Part shown: positions 63,745 to 64,000 of the stretch, piece by piece
Layout of the letters: each line of letters starts with the position of its first letter
How positions within the stretch are numbered: position 1 is the first letter of the stretch
Assembly (NCBI GenBank): GCA_001643675.2
Contig: LSRY02000034.1
Span: 620,001 to 684,000 of the forward strand
DNA: 64,000 bases
DNA from: Monocercomonoides exilis PA203
Lineage: Eukaryota; Protista; Preaxostyla
Reading direction: 5' to 3'
Made by a program: the position numbers and the translations under genes
Notes under the pieces: model-generated
What the model was told of the DNA's origin: nothing
Database searches by the model: none
Seen by the model: only the letters and a program-made list of their open reading frames with translations

Positions 63745-64000
63745 ATGATATTGAACGTTGCTTTTCTTTCAACTGTTTTATTGATGCGTTCATTTGAGTC
63801 AAGTGATGTGCCAATTAGCGAAGTGTTTGTCAAACAAAGTGGAGATGAAAAAAACAGCGGTTTATCAATTGGTCAGGAAAAGAGTTCATTGAATAGCGCA
63901 TATGATAAACTTGGAGACTCTGAGGCATGCATAATAAGAATTATTAAGGATACAACTGCTCTTGATGCTGAAGTGATCACATTGAATAAGAAACATGGAA
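63745..64000 (+). CDS. 5' end of a surface protein paralogous to 52032-54554 (runs off window; absent from the ORF track)
   Basis: MILNVAFLSTVLLMRSFESSDVPISEVFVKQSGDEKNSGLSIGQEKSSLNSAYDKLGDSEACIIRII...AEVITLNKKHG aligns with STVYVKQSGNESNSGLEIGKEKKSLNDAYGLLRSEDSCFMKIV...AEAVVFNKEHG. Confidence 0.85.
   Translation, partial: MILNVAFLSTVLLMRSFESSDVPISEVFVKQSGDEKNSGLSIGQEKSSLNSAYDKLGDSEACIIRIIKDTTALDAEVITLNKKHG

Overview
AT-rich eukaryotic DNA with short GT-AG spliceosomal introns (52-79 nt, plus one of 269 nt) and the standard genetic code. Gene style and families suggest a metamonad protist, most likely an oxymonad such as Monocercomonoides; this is inference, not verified. Apparently intact genes: (1) a ~3638-aa single-pass receptor with tandem beta-helix-type modules and a cytoplasmic kinase-C-lobe-only pseudokinase (13238-24423, 1 intron); (2) a GIGYF/Smy2-like GYF protein with an N-terminal eIF4E/4EHP-binding motif and a C-terminal PAM2-like motif (32382-26341, minus); (3) a two-RRM PTB/hnRNP-L-like protein (37680-35436, minus); (4) an ~824-840-aa type I surface protein (54554-52032, minus), plus the start of a paralogue at 63745; (5) three members of an expanded helical-repeat family with a C-terminal EEEGYED-like motif and a shared intron position. 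Around these lie decayed copies of the same families, a broken Harbinger/ISL2EU-type (DDE_Tnp_4) transposase, and two broken pogo/Fot1-like DD35D transposases of one family. Three young, near-perfect long inverted repeats (575, 172 and 147 bp arms) cluster near the DD35D copies. No rRNA, tRNA or CRISPR array was recognised.
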